In this document: positions 63,501 through 64,000 of the stretch, piece after piece | Numbering within the stretch: position 1 is the first letter of the stretch | How the letters are laid out: each line of letters starts with the position of its first letter | Origin: Pecten maximus | Lineage: Eukaryota | Direction: 5' to 3' | DNA length: 64,000 bases | Assembly: GCF_902652985.1 (NCBI RefSeq) | Contig: NC_047015.1 | Coordinates: 40,486,001-40,550,000, forward strand | Notes under the pieces: generated by a model | What the model was told of the DNA's origin: nothing | What the model saw: only the letters and a program-made list of their open reading frames with translations | Databases searched by the model: none | Made by a program: the position numbers and the translations under genes

Positions 63501-64000
63501 CGACTTAGTGCAAACCATCTGACTTAGGTCCGTTTGCAACAGTTAAAGTTAGGAAGGATTTCTCAGTGGTTGTAGAATAAACGAGGTTTTGGAGTATCTT
63601 GCTTCGTTTATAGTTGTAGTATGGAACGCCTGGTTCCTCTAGATTTTCATATTGATGTGATTTTTATATATATCAGGACGTAGAATAGCAATGTGTCGTT
63701 ACTGATTTGTTTCGATTGATACCGATGGATGAGTTGTATGAAATCTGTCGACGAATACGTCAACCGTGGCCGTTCTATACAGGTTACGAACTAAACTAAT
63801 CCACACTTGATTTTCCCGGCCGTTATATACAGGTCAGTTATGTAGTATATTTTATCTGTATAATCCCGATCGTTTTATAAAGATAGAATTATTCATTTAT
63901 CTATCTATAAATAAGTTTGTTTACGTAAACTCTAACAACTAAAATATTTACAAGCATTAACTGTAGTCGTTATAACAAGTACAAATGTATCAAGTATACA

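Overview
AT-rich, intron-containing animal genomic DNA, not prokaryotic. The repeat inventory (V-SINE-like tRNA SINEs, pearl/HINE-like elements, a CR1-like LINE) is most compatible with a bivalve mollusc; that is inference. Four recognisable spliced genes were reconstructed exon by exon: the 3' part of DNA ligase 1 (+, 674-7975), a Golgi carbohydrate sulfotransferase (+, 11335-14442), Wnt8 (+, 20886-33543) and a class A peptide-type GPCR (-, 36615-39851). LIG1 and the sulfotransferase carry three clear single-base insertions, probably assembly errors. The last 15 kb holds a cluster of unrelated 30-50 bp minisatellite arrays, two N gaps and a foldback MITE with IS3EU-like ends. The best unexplained signals are: (1) a small minus-strand spliced gene just downstream of LIG1, whose last exon contains a ~29-bp-stem pre-miRNA-like hairpin; (2) an orphan ORF nested antisense in a Wnt8 intron; (3) two candidate first exons (51084 and 60882) sharing an ME-x5-C-x3-E...KYESN...LE motif, with a 16-copy E-box/ISRE-like tandem array between them; (4) a degenerate Penelope-type hammerhead ribozyme core. 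None of these is demonstrated to be a new system; all need transcript or homology data.
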